A stretch of DNA of 64,000 nt from Camelus dromedarius (lineage: Eukaryota). Shown in pieces: positions 62,411-64,000 of this stretch (position 1 is the first letter of the stretch; each line of letters starts with the position of its first letter). The DNA lies in the NCBI RefSeq assembly GCF_036321535.1, contig NC_087437.1:88724001-88788000 (forward strand). Reading direction: 5' to 3'. A model generated the notes under the pieces. The model ran no database searches. It had not been told where the DNA came from and was given only the letters and a program-made list of their open reading frames with translations. Made by a program: the position numbers and the translations under genes.

Positions 62411-63793
62411 TCTTTGATATTTCTTAGCTAATGAGGACAGCTTCTTCCTGGGAGACCACAATATCAGCCTTCTACTTTTATGTAATTATTTCACATAAAA
62501 ATTATATCCCCTTCCCCCATACATACACAAGTGCATGCATGCACACAATGCACACACACACACACACACTTGCCCACTCATACCACGTAACTTTCCAATC
62601 TGTAGAAAGAAAGTTACGTTAAATACACCAAACAATGTATGGATGAGACTGGGTACACCATGGAGGGCGAAACCTTCACTCTTCCCTAGACACCCAAGGA
62701 GCACCAGAAACTTCATTCAACAACCAGCATGGAGAATCCACTTCAATTTTTTATCTGAGTGCATTTATCGTACCAGCGCCCTGGCTGATGCTCTGGGTTA
62801 TGTATTTATCGTGCACTGCTCTTTTTTTCCAAAAAAGTTAAAGTGCTAAATCCCATTGAAGCTGGGTCATAATTATAATTTTCAATCCTTTTGATGCTAA
62901 TATAATCTCACCAAACATGTAGGAAGATACCAGTTAAGTAATGGTTCACAGTTGCCTGTGTTTCATTCTAGAATCCCTACACTTTAGTCAAAGGTATAAA
63001 GATATGTCAAGAATGGCCTCATAATCTTTTTGGGTGGCATAAAGTTGACAGTCTCTAGCGGGAGAATTGTTGACAAGAGATCAAAGTCGTGGCGTCCTTG
63101 GCCTTTTATAAAAGACTAAGCACTTAGCTGCCATTTGCTTTAATAAACGCCTCATAGTATTCCCACATTCCCAGATGACCCACAACATAGAATCACACAT
63201 TTAAATAAAGTGAATAAATCTCAGACATTTTAGTGAGCTTAACTTTTGCCTCTGTTTTTGGACTGTTTACAGAAGATTCACATGCTAAATATTTTTTTTT
63301 TTTTTTCTTTCTAACATGAGGAGGATGAATCTACCTTTGACTCATTGTTCTGGTTGGGGCCAGTCCTGGGCTATGGTGTCTTTGAATGGCCTTTAGTCCT
63401 GAACTCTCTATTTGTCACTCCATAGTATTTTCATTCTTCCCATGTACATATAACCTGAAGTCTCCAGCAACAAGTAGAAACAGTCACTTTCTTCCTTTTT
63501 TGTTCTTTGTGCTGTTAAAATAAAAAAAGGGAGTTTTTGCAAATGAGCTGTATCCTGTTCACAGCTATTAAACTGGCAAATGGGTACAATTCCACATTAT
63601 TTTTTAACTCTTCTTCCTAGAGTCTAATCATCTGTTTTGATATACTTAGAAAATTATTGTTTTTTATGGATTGACAATTCTTGTACATATTCATTTGCTA
63701 AATACTTGGAAAAACAAATTATCAGATTTGAAACTTGTATATTGCTGCGGTACAGCGAGTTTTCCACATTCTTGAGAAAAACCAAGTTGTCCA

Positions 63794-63935
63794 GGGGAGG
63801 GTACAGCTCAGTCATAAAGTGTGTGCTTGGCATGTGCAAGGTCCTGGGTTCAATCTCCTGTACCCTCATTTAAAAAATAATAAATAAATAAATCTAATTA
63901 CCTACGCCCCACAAAAAACCCCACAAAGAAACAGA
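63794..63935 (+). mobile_element. Camelid vic-1-type SINE
   Basis: 'ggggagggtacagctcag...gcatgtgcaaggtcctgggttcaatc...aaatctaattacct'. Confidence 0.9.
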
Positions 63936-64000
63936 ATTTGTGAATTACAAATAAATAAAATAGAATTCTTAAAATAAAAATCAGGTACAGCATATTCACT

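Overview
AT-rich mammalian genomic DNA, almost certainly camelid: it carries four tRNA-Ala-derived vic-1-type SINEs and no Alu, Bov-tA/BovB, PRE1 or Can-SINE. I find no intact protein-coding exon, no functional RNA gene and no CRISPR or prokaryotic system, so the window reads as intergenic or deep intronic. Main content: a decayed RPSA processed pseudogene (4.2-5.1 kb); a roughly 5.7 kb decayed ERV-L provirus on the minus strand (5' LTR, gag, RT, RNase H, integrase and dUTPase regions, 36.4-42.15 kb); an internally deleted Cheshire-type hAT transposon with both ends; seven L1 3'-end copies; and many MLT1, MER, MIR, L2 and CR1 relics. The most unusual observation is a 38-nt, TSD-flanked, tailless retrocopy of the 5' half of tRNA-Ile(UAU). 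It ends exactly at the intron splice position, and its only transversion lies at G26, the m2,2G site. Also notable are a 1 kb GC-rich segment fused to an L1 3' end between two truncated old repeats, templated-insertion scars at retroposon junctions, and several CTCF motifs. I did not find convincing evidence of a new biological system. Repeat family names come from my recall of consensus sequences, not from a database search, and old-repeat boundaries are approximate.
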